Shown: positions 46,952 through 57,443, counted from the first letter of the stretch. The stretch: 64,000 nucleotides of DNA from an uncultured Gemmatimonadales bacterium (GCA_963708135.1 OY970192.1:2176001-2240000), one strand, 5' to 3'. Numbers and translations are program-made. Notes: generated by a model from the letters alone, not told the origin.

Positions 46952-48311
46952 CCTTCACCGTGATCCGCAGGAACCCTCCGCCGGATGCCGTCGGCGCCTC
47001 CGGCGCGTGGGACACCCCGACCACCCAGAGCACCTCGCCGTCCGCATGCGCGAGGACCGGGATCCGCCGCCGGTCCGCGCGGCCGATCCGTCGCTCGAGG
47101 AACAGCTTCTTCAGCTTTTTCGTGCCGTACGGGAGCCGGATCCGATCGCCGGGGCGCCAGCCCCGCAACTCCACGGGAAAGCAGAGAGCATCGACGGCGA
47201 AGGCGCGCGAGCCGGGCCGATGCCCGCCTCTCGACGAAAGGCTCCAGCGGACGACGAGCGGCCGGCCGCCGATCCGCGCGTTGGCCTCGCCCCCGCCCGC
47301 CCGCGCGATGAGCACGGGTCGATCCGGCGCGGCCACCCCGGGCCCGACGCCGCGGATCTGGATGCGGTCGAACTCCCGCCCGATTCGCAGGCCGCCGGAA
47401 AGCGCGACCGCGCCGCCACTTCCACCGGATCTAATAAACTCAAGCGCCGCCCGGGTTCCGGCCCGATCAGGGGCGCATCCGTGGCGGCGCAGCAGGCGCC
47501 TGAGGCAGCGTGCCCGTACGCGAGGATGATACGCAAGAAAGCGGGTTCTGGCAACCTCCGTCACCCCCTCCGCGCGGGCCGCCACGACGTCGGTTTCGAC
47601 GTGCTCGAGGAGCGCGCTCCACGCGGCTTCCGCGCCCCTCGCCGCGTCGGCCGAGCGGGCCAGCGCGCCCGCGGCGCCCGGGATCACCGCCTCCAGTGCG
47701 GGGAGCACGCGCAGCCGTAGCCGGTTGCGCGCGTAGCGAAGGTCCAGATTGCTCGGATCGTCGCGCCAGCGGAGCCCGGCCGCGTGGGCGTGGGCCTCGA
47801 GCTCCGTCCGCGTGAAGGGAAGCAGCGGCCGGACGAGGTCGCCGCGGTGGGGCGCGATGCCGGAGAGGCCGACGAGGCCGGCGCCACGCAGCGCGCGGAA
47901 CAGGACCGTCTCGGCCTGGTCATCCGCGTGGTGAGCCGTCACGATGAGCGAGGCGCCGGCCCGTGCTGCCGCCGCGCGCAGAAATGCGTAGCGCAGCGCG
48001 CGCGCCTCCGCCTCGGACACCGGCGCGCTGGGCGCGGCGGCTCGCTCGAGGGGGATCCGCCAGGCGCGGCAGAGCCCCGCCACCCAGTCGGCGTCCGCGC
48101 CGCTGCCCGGCCGCATGCGGTGGTCGAAGTGCGCCGCCACGAGCGAGGGACGAGCCTCGCGCGGGAGCGAGCGGAGGAGGTGGAGCAGGACCACGGAGTC
48201 GAGCCCGCCGGAAAGGGCGACGAGCAGCGCCTGCCCGCCGAGCTCGGGACCGGCCAGGTCGAGCAGGTGCCGGCGGAAGCGCGCGGAGAGCGCCGCCGCA
48301 CCGGCCGTCAT
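46935..48311 (-). CDS. tilS: tRNA(Ile)-lysidine synthetase
   Basis: SGGLDS, HFDH..R, TAHHADDQAET, DDPSN...YARNRLR. Start is approximate. Confidence 0.93.
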   Translation of the reverse strand: MTAGAAALSARFRRHLLDLAGPELGGQALLVALSGGLDSVVLLHLLRSLPREARPSLVAAHFDHRMRPGSGADADWVAGLCRAWRIPLERAAAPSAPVSEAEARALRYAFLRAAAARAGASLIVTAHHADDQAETVLFRALRGAGLVGLSGIAPHRGDLVRPLLPFTRTELEAHAHAAGLRWRDDPSNLDLRYARNRLRLRVLPALEAVIPGAAGALARSADAARGAEAAWSALLEHVETDVVAARAEGVTEVARTRFLAYHPRVRARCLRRLLRRHGCAPDRAGTRAALEFIRSGGSGGAVALSGGLRIGREFDRIQIRGVGPGVAAPDRPVLIARAGGGEANARIGGRPLVVRWSLSSRGGHRPGSRAFAVDALCFPVELRGWRPGDRIRLPYGTKKLKKLFLERRIGRADRRRIPVLAHADGEVLWVVGVSHAPEAPTASGGGFLRITVKDARHG

Positions 48312-48438
48312 CCGCTGGGTTCCGCGGCGCTGCATCCTGGCGATTCCTTCCGGGCGGAGCCGTGGGCCGGGTCGCCTGAAGATAACGCGAGCGCCGCGAT
48401 TCCGGAGCGGCGTGCGCGCGCCAGGGTCGCCGGCGGCC

Positions 48439-48723
48439 CTAGCGCCGGCGCGTATGCACCCTGCCGGAGCCCCCGAGGCCGTAGTCGGCGTAACGGTACC
48501 GGGCCTGCCGGCGTGCCCGGCGCGCGAGCCGCTCGCGGCGGAATTGCGCGTCGTACCCCCACGGCTCGTAGTCGGCCGTGCGGGAGCGCTCGTAGCCCGC
48601 GCCATACGGAGGCTCGTGCCCGGAGGCGTACGGGCGCTCGTAGCCGGCCGCACCGGCGGGCGAGGCGCCGAACGGACGCTCGCGGAAGCGCGCCTCGAGA
48701 TCGAGATCGTAGTCGTAGCGCAT
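48439..48723 (-). CDS. Small Tyr/Arg/Gly-rich low-complexity protein
   Basis: AGGAAGGAAGGA RBS just after the upstream stop. Starts MRYD like its neighbour and has repeated GYE/YD motifs. Confidence 0.6.
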   Translation of the reverse strand: MRYDYDLDLEARFRERPFGASPAGAAGYERPYASGHEPPYGAGYERSRTADYEPWGYDAQFRRERLARRARRQARYRYADYGLGGSGRVHTRRR

Positions 48724-48737
48724 GCGGTCCTTCCTTC

Positions 48738-49559
48738 CTACTCGGATTCTCCTTCGCTCCCCGCGCCGGCCTCGGCGCGTCCGGGCGCGGCACGGTTGAC
48801 GCCGCTCCGCGACGCCGCGCGCCCGCCAGGCTCGCCCGGGCCCTGCGCCGAAGTCTCCGTCTCCGCCTCATCGGCACCGGGCCGCCGCTGGCCGACGGTG
48901 AGGCGGGCGCGGACACCGCGCACGCCGTCCACATCCCAGGCGTCGTCGGTGGCGTAGCGGACCTCCTCGTAGCTCGGGAGCGTGCCCTCGAGCGTCACGA
49001 TGCCTTCGCCGACCTCCACCCGGATGGCGTCCGCATCCACCCACGTGTCGTAGAAGAGGGCGTCCTCCACGTCCTCCTGGATCTCGTCGTCTCCACGGCG
49101 GCGCCGCTGAAGCCGATCGTAATAGGGCCCGTAGCCGTAGCGCGCCGGGCCGTACTCCTCGCCGGCGCTCCATTGCGGTCGATAGTGGTGAACCGGCTGC
49201 CAGTCTGCCCCCGGCTCGGTGGCGGCGAGCCCGGCGCCGCCGTCGAACTCGGCCGTGCGCGCGAAGTCGCGGCGGTGCGGGGCGCTGAGCCGTGCGCTGG
49301 TGCGGTAGCCCACCTCGTAGTCCCGGTTGGTGCCGCCGTAGCCGCGGCCACCCACGTAGCCGCCACCCCAGATGAACTCGTCCGGCTCGGGCTCGTCCCA
49401 CGGCTCGGCCTCGAACGAGCCCCGGCTGCGCAGCGCGCCGCCGTCGTAGCCCATCGCCCAGCCGTGGCCCGGCGAGGCGGGGTAAGGCGAATCGTAGCCA
49501 CCGCGCGCGCCGCGCGGGCGCCGCCGCGGCCAGGACCGGTACTCGGGATCGTAACGCAT
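48738..49559 (-). CDS. BON domain protein with a long Tyr/Gly/Arg-rich N-terminal region
   Basis: AGGAGGAG RBS; C-terminal BON domain DDEIQEDVEDALFYD..VDADAIRVEV.EGIVTLEG...DVDGVRGV. Confidence 0.85.
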   Translation of the reverse strand: MRYDPEYRSWPRRRPRGARGGYDSPYPASPGHGWAMGYDGGALRSRGSFEAEPWDEPEPDEFIWGGGYVGGRGYGGTNRDYEVGYRTSARLSAPHRRDFARTAEFDGGAGLAATEPGADWQPVHHYRPQWSAGEEYGPARYGYGPYYDRLQRRRRGDDEIQEDVEDALFYDTWVDADAIRVEVGEGIVTLEGTLPSYEEVRYATDDAWDVDGVRGVRARLTVGQRRPGADEAETETSAQGPGEPGGRAASRSGVNRAAPGRAEAGAGSEGESE

Positions 49560-49673
49560 CTCGGCTCCTCCTCTGCGTGTCTCGCGTGGCGAACGGATGG
49601 CCCTGAAACGAGAACGCCGCACCCGGGAGGGGGTGCGGCGTCGCGCTCGGGCACAGGCGCCGGGGCGCAAGCT

Positions 49674-50534
49674 CTATTCCATGGGCGCACCGGCAGGCCG
49701 GCCGCCACCGCTCGCGCCCGCGGCGGGCGCCGGCGGACGGCCGAGGCGCCGGCTCATGACCTCCGCGAGCCTGTCCGGCCGGTCGCTCTGCACGCCGTCC
49801 ACCCCCCAGTCGAGAAGGCGCGCCATGGCCTCGGGCTCGTCCACTGTCCATACCTGCACCGCGATGCCGTGCCGGTGCGCATCGCGCACGAAGCGGGGGG
49901 TGACCACGCGCCAGGCGCCCCAGCGCTCCGGCACCTGGAGCACATCCACGGGCGGCGCCCACGCCCAGCCGAGATGCAGGCGGTGCACGAAGTAGAGGGG
50001 GCGGATCTGGTCCATGGACGCGCTCACCGCACCCGGCCACTCGCGGAAACGCGTGCGCTCCGCGGGGTGCAGGCCGGCGGCCACGATCCGGTCCACGGCG
50101 CCGTGGCGCCGGGCGACGTCGAAGAACGGCTGCTGCGCGGCCCCGGCCTTGACCTCGACCGTGAAGCGCATGTCTGGCAGCGCATCCAGGACCTCGTCGA
50201 GCGTGGGGACCCGCACGCCGCGCCCGCGGAACGGGAAGCTCCGCCCGCCGTCGGGCGTGAAGCGGTAGCCCGCGTCCAGGGCGGAGAGCTCCGCGAGGGT
50301 GAAGGAGGCGACGTCGCCTTCCGCGTCCGTCGTGCGATCCACGCGCGCGTCGTGGATGACCACGCACGCGCCGTCGGCGCTCACGCGCACATCCAGCTCG
50401 ATCATGTCGGCGGCCCAGTCCCGGGCCGCGGCCGTGAACGCCTCCAGCGTGTTCTCGGGCGCGAGCCCCGCCCCGCCGCGATGCGCCACGAGGAGCGGCG
50501 CGCCCGAGAGGACCGGCCAGGCCGGCCGGCTCAC
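49674..50534 (-). CDS. Glycerophosphodiester phosphodiesterase
   Basis: AHRGGAGLAPENT, IELDV, VIHD..VDRTT, VWTVD, GVDGVQSDRPD. Confidence 0.94.
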   Translation of the reverse strand: MSRPAWPVLSGAPLLVAHRGGAGLAPENTLEAFTAAARDWAADMIELDVRVSADGACVVIHDARVDRTTDAEGDVASFTLAELSALDAGYRFTPDGGRSFPFRGRGVRVPTLDEVLDALPDMRFTVEVKAGAAQQPFFDVARRHGAVDRIVAAGLHPAERTRFREWPGAVSASMDQIRPLYFVHRLHLGWAWAPPVDVLQVPERWGAWRVVTPRFVRDAHRHGIAVQVWTVDEPEAMARLLDWGVDGVQSDRPDRLAEVMSRRLGRPPAPAAGASGGGRPAGAPME

Positions 50535-51058
50535 GGCGCCTCGTCCTCGTCCTCGTCCTCGGCCCACACGAGCGCGAGCCGGTCCGCCTCCTCGACGTCC
50601 AGCCGGTGGAGGCGGTAGAGCACCAGGTCGATCAGCCGCAGCGCCGCGTCCCGCTCCGCCGCGCGCTCGCGCGCGGTCTCGCCCGTCAGCGCGATGGCAC
50701 GCCCCGCGAGGAAGAGCAGGATGTCCTCCGCCACCTCGGGCCGCGGGTGCGCCGGCGCGCGCGAGTCGGGCGCGGCCTCGCGCAGGAGCAGCCCGTCGAC
50801 GAAGGCGAGGAACCCCGGGAACGCCAGCTCGACGAGCCCCCGTCGCCTGAGCCCCTCCTCGTCCGTCAGCCGCTCCCACGAGAGCTCCTCCCAGTAGAGC
50901 TGGCGCGCCTGTTCCAGCAGGTGCTCCCGCACGCTCGCCTCGAGCCCCGACGACGGCGGCGGCGCCAGGTGCGTGGACAGGAGCTTCTCGAGCCGGATGC
51001 GGCGGCAGGCCAGGAAGGCCTCGGGGAGGGTGTACCTCGCTTCGGGATCGCCGCTCAT
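50531..51058 (-). CDS. Hypothetical helical protein
   Basis: Protein-like composition, GC3-biased frame, and a GTGA overlap with the phosphodiesterase gene; no family recognised. Confidence 0.7.
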   Translation of the reverse strand: MSGDPEARYTLPEAFLACRRIRLEKLLSTHLAPPPSSGLEASVREHLLEQARQLYWEELSWERLTDEEGLRRRGLVELAFPGFLAFVDGLLLREAAPDSRAPAHPRPEVAEDILLFLAGRAIALTGETARERAAERDAALRLIDLVLYRLHRLDVEEADRLALVWAEDEDEDEAP

Positions 51059-51193
51059 GGGAAGCGCTCGCTGTGGAAGGGCGGACCCGCTCTCGACGCA
51101 TTCTACGCGGCGGCTCGCCACCCCGCAAATGCCCCGGTCCTGCGACCGCGACCGAGGCGCAGCCCCACCCGCCGTTCGCGGTTTCCCGGAGGG

Positions 51194-52093
51194 TCAGCCG
51201 GCCCGCCTGAGATCCGTGGCGGGCTGCGCGGTCGCATAGCTGCGCAGCGCGTCGGGGTAGGCGGCCAGGAGCGGCGGCGGCGCGGGGACGGGCCGACCGG
51301 CGAGCATAGCGTCGAACTGGATGGCGTTCACGACCGCCTGCGCCTTGTAGTGGTTGTTGAAGACGACGTCCACGCTCTCCGTGCCGGGCTCGGCGGCCAC
51401 CTCGCGCGTGCGCTCGACCCAGTGGCGGAGGCGCTCGGGCGTGTAAAGGTAGTCGTAGCGCGCGTCGCGGCCGGCGTCCCTGCGGAACCAGTCCCTGTAG
51501 TTGCGGCCGTGGACCCGCACATAGCCGATGCGCGCCGTGGCGCGGGCGCTCGGTTTCAGGCACTCATGGAAGAGCGGCTGGTCGATGTTGACGAACCCGA
51601 CGCCGTGGTCCGCGAGCCAGCCGTAGAAGCCGGCCTCGTTCCAGCTGGCGTGCCGGACCTCGAGCACGAGCGGCAGGTCCTGGAAGGTTTCCACCACGTC
51701 CTCCAGCCACTCGCGGTTGGCGCCGTCGTGCTTGAAGGACATCGGGAACTGCACGAGCACGGCGGAGAGGCGGGCGGCCTCGAGCAGCGGCGCGAACCCG
51801 GCGCGCGCCTCGCGCACCTCGGCGCGCGTCCAGGCGCTGCCGCGCTCGTGCGTGAAGCGACGCCACAGCTTGGCCGCGAACCGGAAGCGCGGGCGCTCCG
51901 CGACACGCTCCACCCAGCGCTCGGCCGTGGCGGGCTTCGGCGGGCCGTAGAAGCTCGAGTTGATCTCCACCACGTCGAGGTACTCCGCCAGATAGCGGAG
52001 CCGATCGAATCCCCGCGGCCGCGGCTCGGGATAGACCTGGCCGCGCCAGTCCTTGTAGTCGAACCCGGCCACCCCGACCCGGATGTCTCCCAT
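51194..52093 (-). CDS. DUF72 (YecE-like TIM-barrel) protein
   Basis: IRVGVAGFDYKDW, VEINSSFY, QFPMSF, EVRHASW, YVRVHGRN, YDYLY, VFNNH. Confidence 0.93.
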   Translation of the reverse strand: MGDIRVGVAGFDYKDWRGQVYPEPRPRGFDRLRYLAEYLDVVEINSSFYGPPKPATAERWVERVAERPRFRFAAKLWRRFTHERGSAWTRAEVREARAGFAPLLEAARLSAVLVQFPMSFKHDGANREWLEDVVETFQDLPLVLEVRHASWNEAGFYGWLADHGVGFVNIDQPLFHECLKPSARATARIGYVRVHGRNYRDWFRRDAGRDARYDYLYTPERLRHWVERTREVAAEPGTESVDVVFNNHYKAQAVVNAIQFDAMLAGRPVPAPPPLLAAYPDALRSYATAQPATDLRRAG

Positions 52094-52212
52094 ACGCTGC
52101 TCCTGCAGCAGCAACGTGCCCGCCCACGCCCACATGGTGCTGCGGTGCGAAGGTCGTGCCGGGGCGGCGGATCCCGCACCACCACGGCACCGATGGACAC
52201 GGGGGGTTCCGG

Positions 52213-54543
52213 TTACCGGTCGGGCCGGTTCTTCTCGAGGAGCCGCCGCATGGCGGCGACGCGCGGCTGGAACTCGGGATCGGCGTGCTCCCAGAGCGCG
52301 ATGAAACGAGCGGCGTGCTCGGCGGCGCGCGCGTGGTCTCCGTGTGCGTCGTAGAGGCGGGAGAGGCGCTCGTGCATCGGGGCGAGATCGGTCGCATCCG
52401 TCAAGATGCGGTCGACCCAGGGGGTTGCCAGGTAGCGCTCGCCCACCGCGATGGCGGAGTCCGGGATCCCGGCCGCCTCGTAGGCGCGCTCGAGGTCCGG
52501 CAGGTTGCAGATCGGGCAGGGGCTGGCTCCATCTGCCGCCTGGAAGTCGCGCACGGCATCGGCGATCCGGCCGGCGTGAAGCGCCGTCCAGCCGCGCGCC
52601 GAGAGCACGCCCGCCCGGTCGTCGCCCTGGAGGCCGGCGGGACCGGACCGGTCGAGCTCGTCGAGGACGGCGCGGGCGCGGTCGCCACGCCCCGCCATGC
52701 CATAGGCCACCGCGACCAGCGTGTAGGGCCGGTCCGGTGCGGGCACGGAGTCCAGCGGCAGGGCGCGCAGGACGGAGTCGAGCGCGCTGCCGGCGGAGCC
52801 AGGGTTGCCGCGGATGAGGGCGTCCGCGAGCGGGCCGGCGACCACGGCGACGGTGAGCGCGGAGCCGAGATTGCCGCGCTCACGGTAGAGGCGCGCGGCC
52901 GCCGCGGCGTGGGAGCGCGCCTCCGAGAGCCGGCCCTCCGCTGCCGTAATCGTCGAGAGAAACTCGTGCACCGGTGCCGCGAAGAGCCCGGCGCCGCCGG
53001 CGGCGAGCAGCGACTCCGCGGGGCCTCGCGCGGCATCGAAGTGGCCCTGCGCGCTCTCGAGCAGGATCCGCTGGATCAGGACGGAGACGTTGCCCGGCGA
53101 GCGCCGCTCCACGACGCTCAAGATCGAATCCGCCACCGGGTACCGGCCGAGGTTGATCTCACCATCCACGAGGTTGGCGAGCGCGAGTGGATTGAGCGGA
53201 TCGGCGGCCACGGCCCGGCGTGCGTACTCCTGAGACAGCGCCGGCTGGCGCAGAAGGCCGTAGGCGATGGCGATGTTGTTGAGGGCCGTGAAGTCGCCGG
53301 GGTAGAGCTCGAGCAGCGTGCGGTAGGAGGCCACGCCGGCGGCGTAGTCACCGCGGACGTAGGCGTCGAATGCCGTGGCCTGGAGCCGCTCGCGCTCGGT
53401 GAGGTGGTCGCGGTACTTCACGGCGCGCGCGGAGGCGTCCAGCCGCTGCCGCCGCGGGGCGCCCGTGTTGCCGTACGCCGCGGCGAGCTTGCGCCAGGCC
53501 ATGGCGAAGGTGCTGTCCAGGGCGACGGCCGACTGGAGCAGCGGGATGGCAGTGTCGTAGTCGCTCCGGTTCATGGCGCGGACGCCGCGCGAGTAGCGCT
53601 CGAGCGCCTGGAGCGAGGTGGTCGTGACGGCCTCCAGCGGGTCGCCCTGGCGAAGGCTCCGCAGCGAATCCCCGATCTTCTCGCGCAGATCGCCGGACAG
53701 CCGATCGAGCGCCGGGATCAGGGCGGTCGAATCCGCGGCCGTCTCGCGGTAGGAGGCGAGGACGGCGCCATCGGCGGCGTTCACGAGCCGGGCGGTCAGC
53801 ACGTAGGTCCCCGCAGCGCGGCCGACCTCGCCGGCCAGCACGGCCTTGATCCCGCCGCGCCGCGCTACCTCGCGGGCGAGGGTGGGGGTGAGGCGCGCGT
53901 CGGTGGAGTCGCGCTCCATGCGCGCAAGCACCTCGCGCACGTACGCGGGCTCGACCACGGTGACCGTCGGCGTCTGCTCGAAATCGACGCGGAACGCCTC
54001 CGTGAGCACGGCGGCGAGGGCCGCATCCCCGCCCGCGCCCTGGAAGTCGGCGATGAGCACGCGGTCGCGGCTCTGCAGCGCGCCGGAGGCGACGAGCGAG
54101 CCGAACGGGCCGACGCCGGCGTTGCGCAGCCCAATGTAGCCGCCCGCCGTCAGGCCGAGCAGCAGGAAGGCGACGATGCCGCCGAGGACGGCCCGCGGCC
54201 AGGTCAGGAGGACGTGGTGCTTCCCCGCCCCGGCGGGCGGCGCCTGCGTGGGGTGCTCGCCCCACCCCGTGTCGCTTTCGGATTGCAGCCCCGGCAGCAG
54301 CGTGGGATCACGCGGCCGGAAGGTGGGGAGCCCCTCCTGCACGAACGCCGTGCCGAGCACGACGGGCAGCCCGACCACGAACAGGACGATGGCGAACGCC
54401 GGTACCCAGGAGGGGAGCCCCACGTGGTCCGTGAGCTCCGAGACCACCTGGTAGCCGCCCCACGACGTCACCAGGTAGATGCCGAGGATCTGCCACAGGG
54501 AGCGGCGGTGCAGCTCGCGGACGATCCGGCGCAGTCGCGACAC
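52213..54543 (-). CDS. Membrane-anchored TolB-N-like / TPR protein
   Basis: N-terminal RELHRRSLWQ...Y...W TM module, then VLIADF...A.LAGEV..A...YVLTARLV, TTTSLQAL..YS.G and TPRs. Confidence 0.75.
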   Translation of the reverse strand: MSRLRRIVRELHRRSLWQILGIYLVTSWGGYQVVSELTDHVGLPSWVPAFAIVLFVVGLPVVLGTAFVQEGLPTFRPRDPTLLPGLQSESDTGWGEHPTQAPPAGAGKHHVLLTWPRAVLGGIVAFLLLGLTAGGYIGLRNAGVGPFGSLVASGALQSRDRVLIADFQGAGGDAALAAVLTEAFRVDFEQTPTVTVVEPAYVREVLARMERDSTDARLTPTLAREVARRGGIKAVLAGEVGRAAGTYVLTARLVNAADGAVLASYRETAADSTALIPALDRLSGDLREKIGDSLRSLRQGDPLEAVTTTSLQALERYSRGVRAMNRSDYDTAIPLLQSAVALDSTFAMAWRKLAAAYGNTGAPRRQRLDASARAVKYRDHLTERERLQATAFDAYVRGDYAAGVASYRTLLELYPGDFTALNNIAIAYGLLRQPALSQEYARRAVAADPLNPLALANLVDGEINLGRYPVADSILSVVERRSPGNVSVLIQRILLESAQGHFDAARGPAESLLAAGGAGLFAAPVHEFLSTITAAEGRLSEARSHAAAAARLYRERGNLGSALTVAVVAGPLADALIRGNPGSAGSALDSVLRALPLDSVPAPDRPYTLVAVAYGMAGRGDRARAVLDELDRSGPAGLQGDDRAGVLSARGWTALHAGRIADAVRDFQAADGASPCPICNLPDLERAYEAAGIPDSAIAVGERYLATPWVDRILTDATDLAPMHERLSRLYDAHGDHARAAEHAARFIALWEHADPEFQPRVAAMRRLLEKNRPDR

Positions 54544-54558
54544 GGGGCGACTCCGGGC

Positions 54559-57369
54559 TCAGGGCTTCGGGGTCGGCGCCACCTTGGCGGCCGCGCCCTT
54601 GAAGTCCCCCGCCTTGACGATGGTGAGGCGCGAGAGGTCGATGTACTTCCTCAGTACCGCTACGATCTGCGCGGGCGTGAGCGCGGCGATCGCCTTCTCC
54701 TGCGCCGCGGTGAACTCCATGGTTCGTCCGTAGAGGAGCTCGGTGGCGAGCTGCGCGGCCAGGCCCGCGTCCTGCGCGCGGCCGACGCGGGCCGACTGGA
54801 GGTAGCCCTCCCTGGCCTTCTGCACCTCGTCGGGGGTGAAGCCGTCCGCGAGCGCGCGCTGCATCTCCTCCTTGAAGGCGGCCTCGAGGCGGTCCGCGTT
54901 CTGGGGCGCGTAGATCGCGTAGGTGATGAACTGCCCGACGGGGTCGAGCGGGCCTGCCTGGATGACGGAGCCGACGCCGTAGCTGAGCCCCTCCTTCTGC
55001 CGGATGCGGGTGGCCAGTCGCGAGTTGAGGAAGCCGCCGCCCAGCATGTAGTTGCCGAGCAGCAGCGCGGGGTAGTCGGGGGAGGTGTCCTTCAGGTCGA
55101 GGGTCGCGCCGGCCACGAACATGGCGTTCGCCTTGTCGGGCGTCTCGAGCGACTCGTCGACGGCCGGGTTGGCGTGATACGCCTCGGCGATGTGCTGGTA
55201 CGCCTCGGGCGCCTTCCAGCCGCCGAACATGCTGTCGGCCAGCGCGCCCACCTGTGCCGCGTCGAAGTCGCCGACCACGGCCATGGCGCCGGAAGCGGCG
55301 CCGTAGAAGCGGTGGTAGAAGTCCTTCACCTGCGCGAGCGTCGCCGCCTTGTAGGAGGCCGCGGCCTCATCGGGCGTCTGCACGTAGCGCGGGTGCCCCT
55401 TGGGCCACGGGCTCACCTTGCGCTGGTACTCCGTGAAGGCCAGCACCTGCGGCTCCGAGCGCTGCTGCTCGACCTGGGCGAGATCCTCCGTCCTGAGCGT
55501 CTCGAGCTCCGTCGAGTCGAACGCCGGCTCGCGCAGCACCTCGCCCACCAGGCGGAGCACGGCCGGCAGGTTCGGACGCGTCGTCTCGATCCGGACCGAC
55601 GCGCTGGTGGCGCCGCCGCTCACGCTGACGCGCGCCTTCAGCCGGTCCAGCTCATCCTTCAGCTGCTGGCGCGTGTGCTCCTTCGTGCCGCGCATGAGCA
55701 TGTCCGCCGCCATGTCCGGCGTCGCGCCCATGTTCATGAGCGCCTGCTCCGAGCCGAGGCGCAGCAGGATCTCGGCGTTCACCGTCTCGCCGCGCGTCTT
55801 CTTCGGCAGCAGCGCGACCTGGAACCCGTCGGCGAGCGTGCGCCGCGTGGTGCGGGAATCGATGTTGGCCGGCGACGGATCGAATGCCTCGCCCTGCGCG
55901 ACCTGCGCGTCCCCCTTGTAGTCCTTCACCATCGCGGCGACGTCGCCCGCCGCGGGAATCTCCGCGCGATCCGGCTTCTCCGTCGGCACGAACTCGCCGA
56001 GGGTCAGGTTGGACGGCTTGAGGTACGCCGCCGCGACCCGCTGCACGTCCGCCGGCGTGACCGCCTTCACGCGGTCGCGGAACAGGAACATCAGCCGCCA
56101 GTCGCCCATCGCTGCCCACTCGCTGATCTCGAGCCCGACGCGCATCGAGCTGTTCAACGTGAGGTCGATGTTCTTGAGAATGGTGGCCTTGCCGCGCTCG
56201 ACCTCCTCCGCCGTGGGCGGCGTCTTCACCACGTCGGCGAGCGCCTGCTCGAGCGCGACGCGGGCGCTGTCGAGCGAGTCCTCCTTGCGGACCTGGGCGA
56301 AGGCGAGGAGCATGCCCGGGTCGTGGAACTGGAAGGCGTCCGAGCCCACGTCCGAGGCCTTCCTGGTGTCGACCAGCGCCTTGTAGAGCCGGCCCGCGGG
56401 CGAGGCGCCGAGCACCTCCGAGAGCACGTCCACGGCCGCGAAGCCGGGGCTCGAGCCGGCCGGCACGTGGTAGCCCGCCATGACCACCTGCACATCACCG
56501 ACTCGGCGCAGCGTCACCGTGCGCTCGCCGTCCTGCGTGGGCTCGACCGTGTAGGTCGGGACCAGCACGTCCGCGCCCGTGCGCTTCGGCTTCGGGATCG
56601 CGCCGAACTTCTTCTCCACGAGCGCGAGCGCCTGCGCCGGATCGAACTTCCCCGCGATCATGAGCAGCGCGTTGTCCGGCTGGTAGTACTTGTGGTAGAA
56701 GCGGTGCAGCCGCTCGATCGGCACGTTCTCGATGTCGGAGCGCGCGCCGATCGTCGAGTGCCCGTACGCATGCCACAGGTACGCCGTGGAGAGCACGCGC
56801 TCCATCAGAATGTTGAAGGGGCTGTTCTCGCCCATCTCGTACTCGTTGCGGACCACCGTCATCTCGGACTCGAGGTCCTTCTTCGCGATGAAGCTGTGGA
56901 CCATCCGGTCCGCCTCCAGGTCGAGCGCCCAGTCCAGGTTGGCAGCCGTGGCCGGGAACACCTCGAAAAAGTTGGTCCGGTCCACCCACGTGGTGCCGTT
57001 CGGCTGCGCGCCGTGCTCCGTCAGCTCCTGCGGAATGTTCGGGTGGTGCGTCGAGCCCTTGAACAGCATGTGCTCGAACAGGTGCGCCATCCCGGTCTCG
57101 CCATAGTCCTCGAATCGCGAGCCGACGAAGTACGTGATGTTCACGGTCGTCGTCGGCTTGGAGGCGTCCGGGAAGAGCAGCACCTCGAGCCCGTTCGGCA
57201 GCGTGTACTGCGTGATGCCCTCAACGGTGGGACCCTTTACGGCCCGGGCCGCGGCGGCCGGCGCCGCCTTCGCGGGCGCCTTCGTCTGCTGGGCGTGGAG
57301 CGGCGCGGCCAGCGCCAGCGCGAGCACGAGCGCCGGCGCGGCGCCCCGAGCGAAGCGGATCCTGGTCAT
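54559..57369 (-). CDS. Secreted M16 (pitrilysin/PqqL-like) zinc protease
   Basis: Signal peptide, AHLFEH (HxxEH), NGTT..DRTNF, IRQKEGLSY. Confidence 0.95.
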   Translation of the reverse strand: MTRIRFARGAAPALVLALALAAPLHAQQTKAPAKAAPAAAARAVKGPTVEGITQYTLPNGLEVLLFPDASKPTTTVNITYFVGSRFEDYGETGMAHLFEHMLFKGSTHHPNIPQELTEHGAQPNGTTWVDRTNFFEVFPATAANLDWALDLEADRMVHSFIAKKDLESEMTVVRNEYEMGENSPFNILMERVLSTAYLWHAYGHSTIGARSDIENVPIERLHRFYHKYYQPDNALLMIAGKFDPAQALALVEKKFGAIPKPKRTGADVLVPTYTVEPTQDGERTVTLRRVGDVQVVMAGYHVPAGSSPGFAAVDVLSEVLGASPAGRLYKALVDTRKASDVGSDAFQFHDPGMLLAFAQVRKEDSLDSARVALEQALADVVKTPPTAEEVERGKATILKNIDLTLNSSMRVGLEISEWAAMGDWRLMFLFRDRVKAVTPADVQRVAAAYLKPSNLTLGEFVPTEKPDRAEIPAAGDVAAMVKDYKGDAQVAQGEAFDPSPANIDSRTTRRTLADGFQVALLPKKTRGETVNAEILLRLGSEQALMNMGATPDMAADMLMRGTKEHTRQQLKDELDRLKARVSVSGGATSASVRIETTRPNLPAVLRLVGEVLREPAFDSTELETLRTEDLAQVEQQRSEPQVLAFTEYQRKVSPWPKGHPRYVQTPDEAAASYKAATLAQVKDFYHRFYGAASGAMAVVGDFDAAQVGALADSMFGGWKAPEAYQHIAEAYHANPAVDESLETPDKANAMFVAGATLDLKDTSPDYPALLLGNYMLGGGFLNSRLATRIRQKEGLSYGVGSVIQAGPLDPVGQFITYAIYAPQNADRLEAAFKEEMQRALADGFTPDEVQKAREGYLQSARVGRAQDAGLAAQLATELLYGRTMEFTAAQEKAIAALTPAQIVAVLRKYIDLSRLTIVKAGDFKGAAAKVAPTPKP

Positions 57370-57443
57370 GAGTCACTGCCCGGAGGGGAGGAAAACTGGG
57401 AATCACGGGCGGGCGTCCCGGATGCGGGACGCCGGCACCTTTG

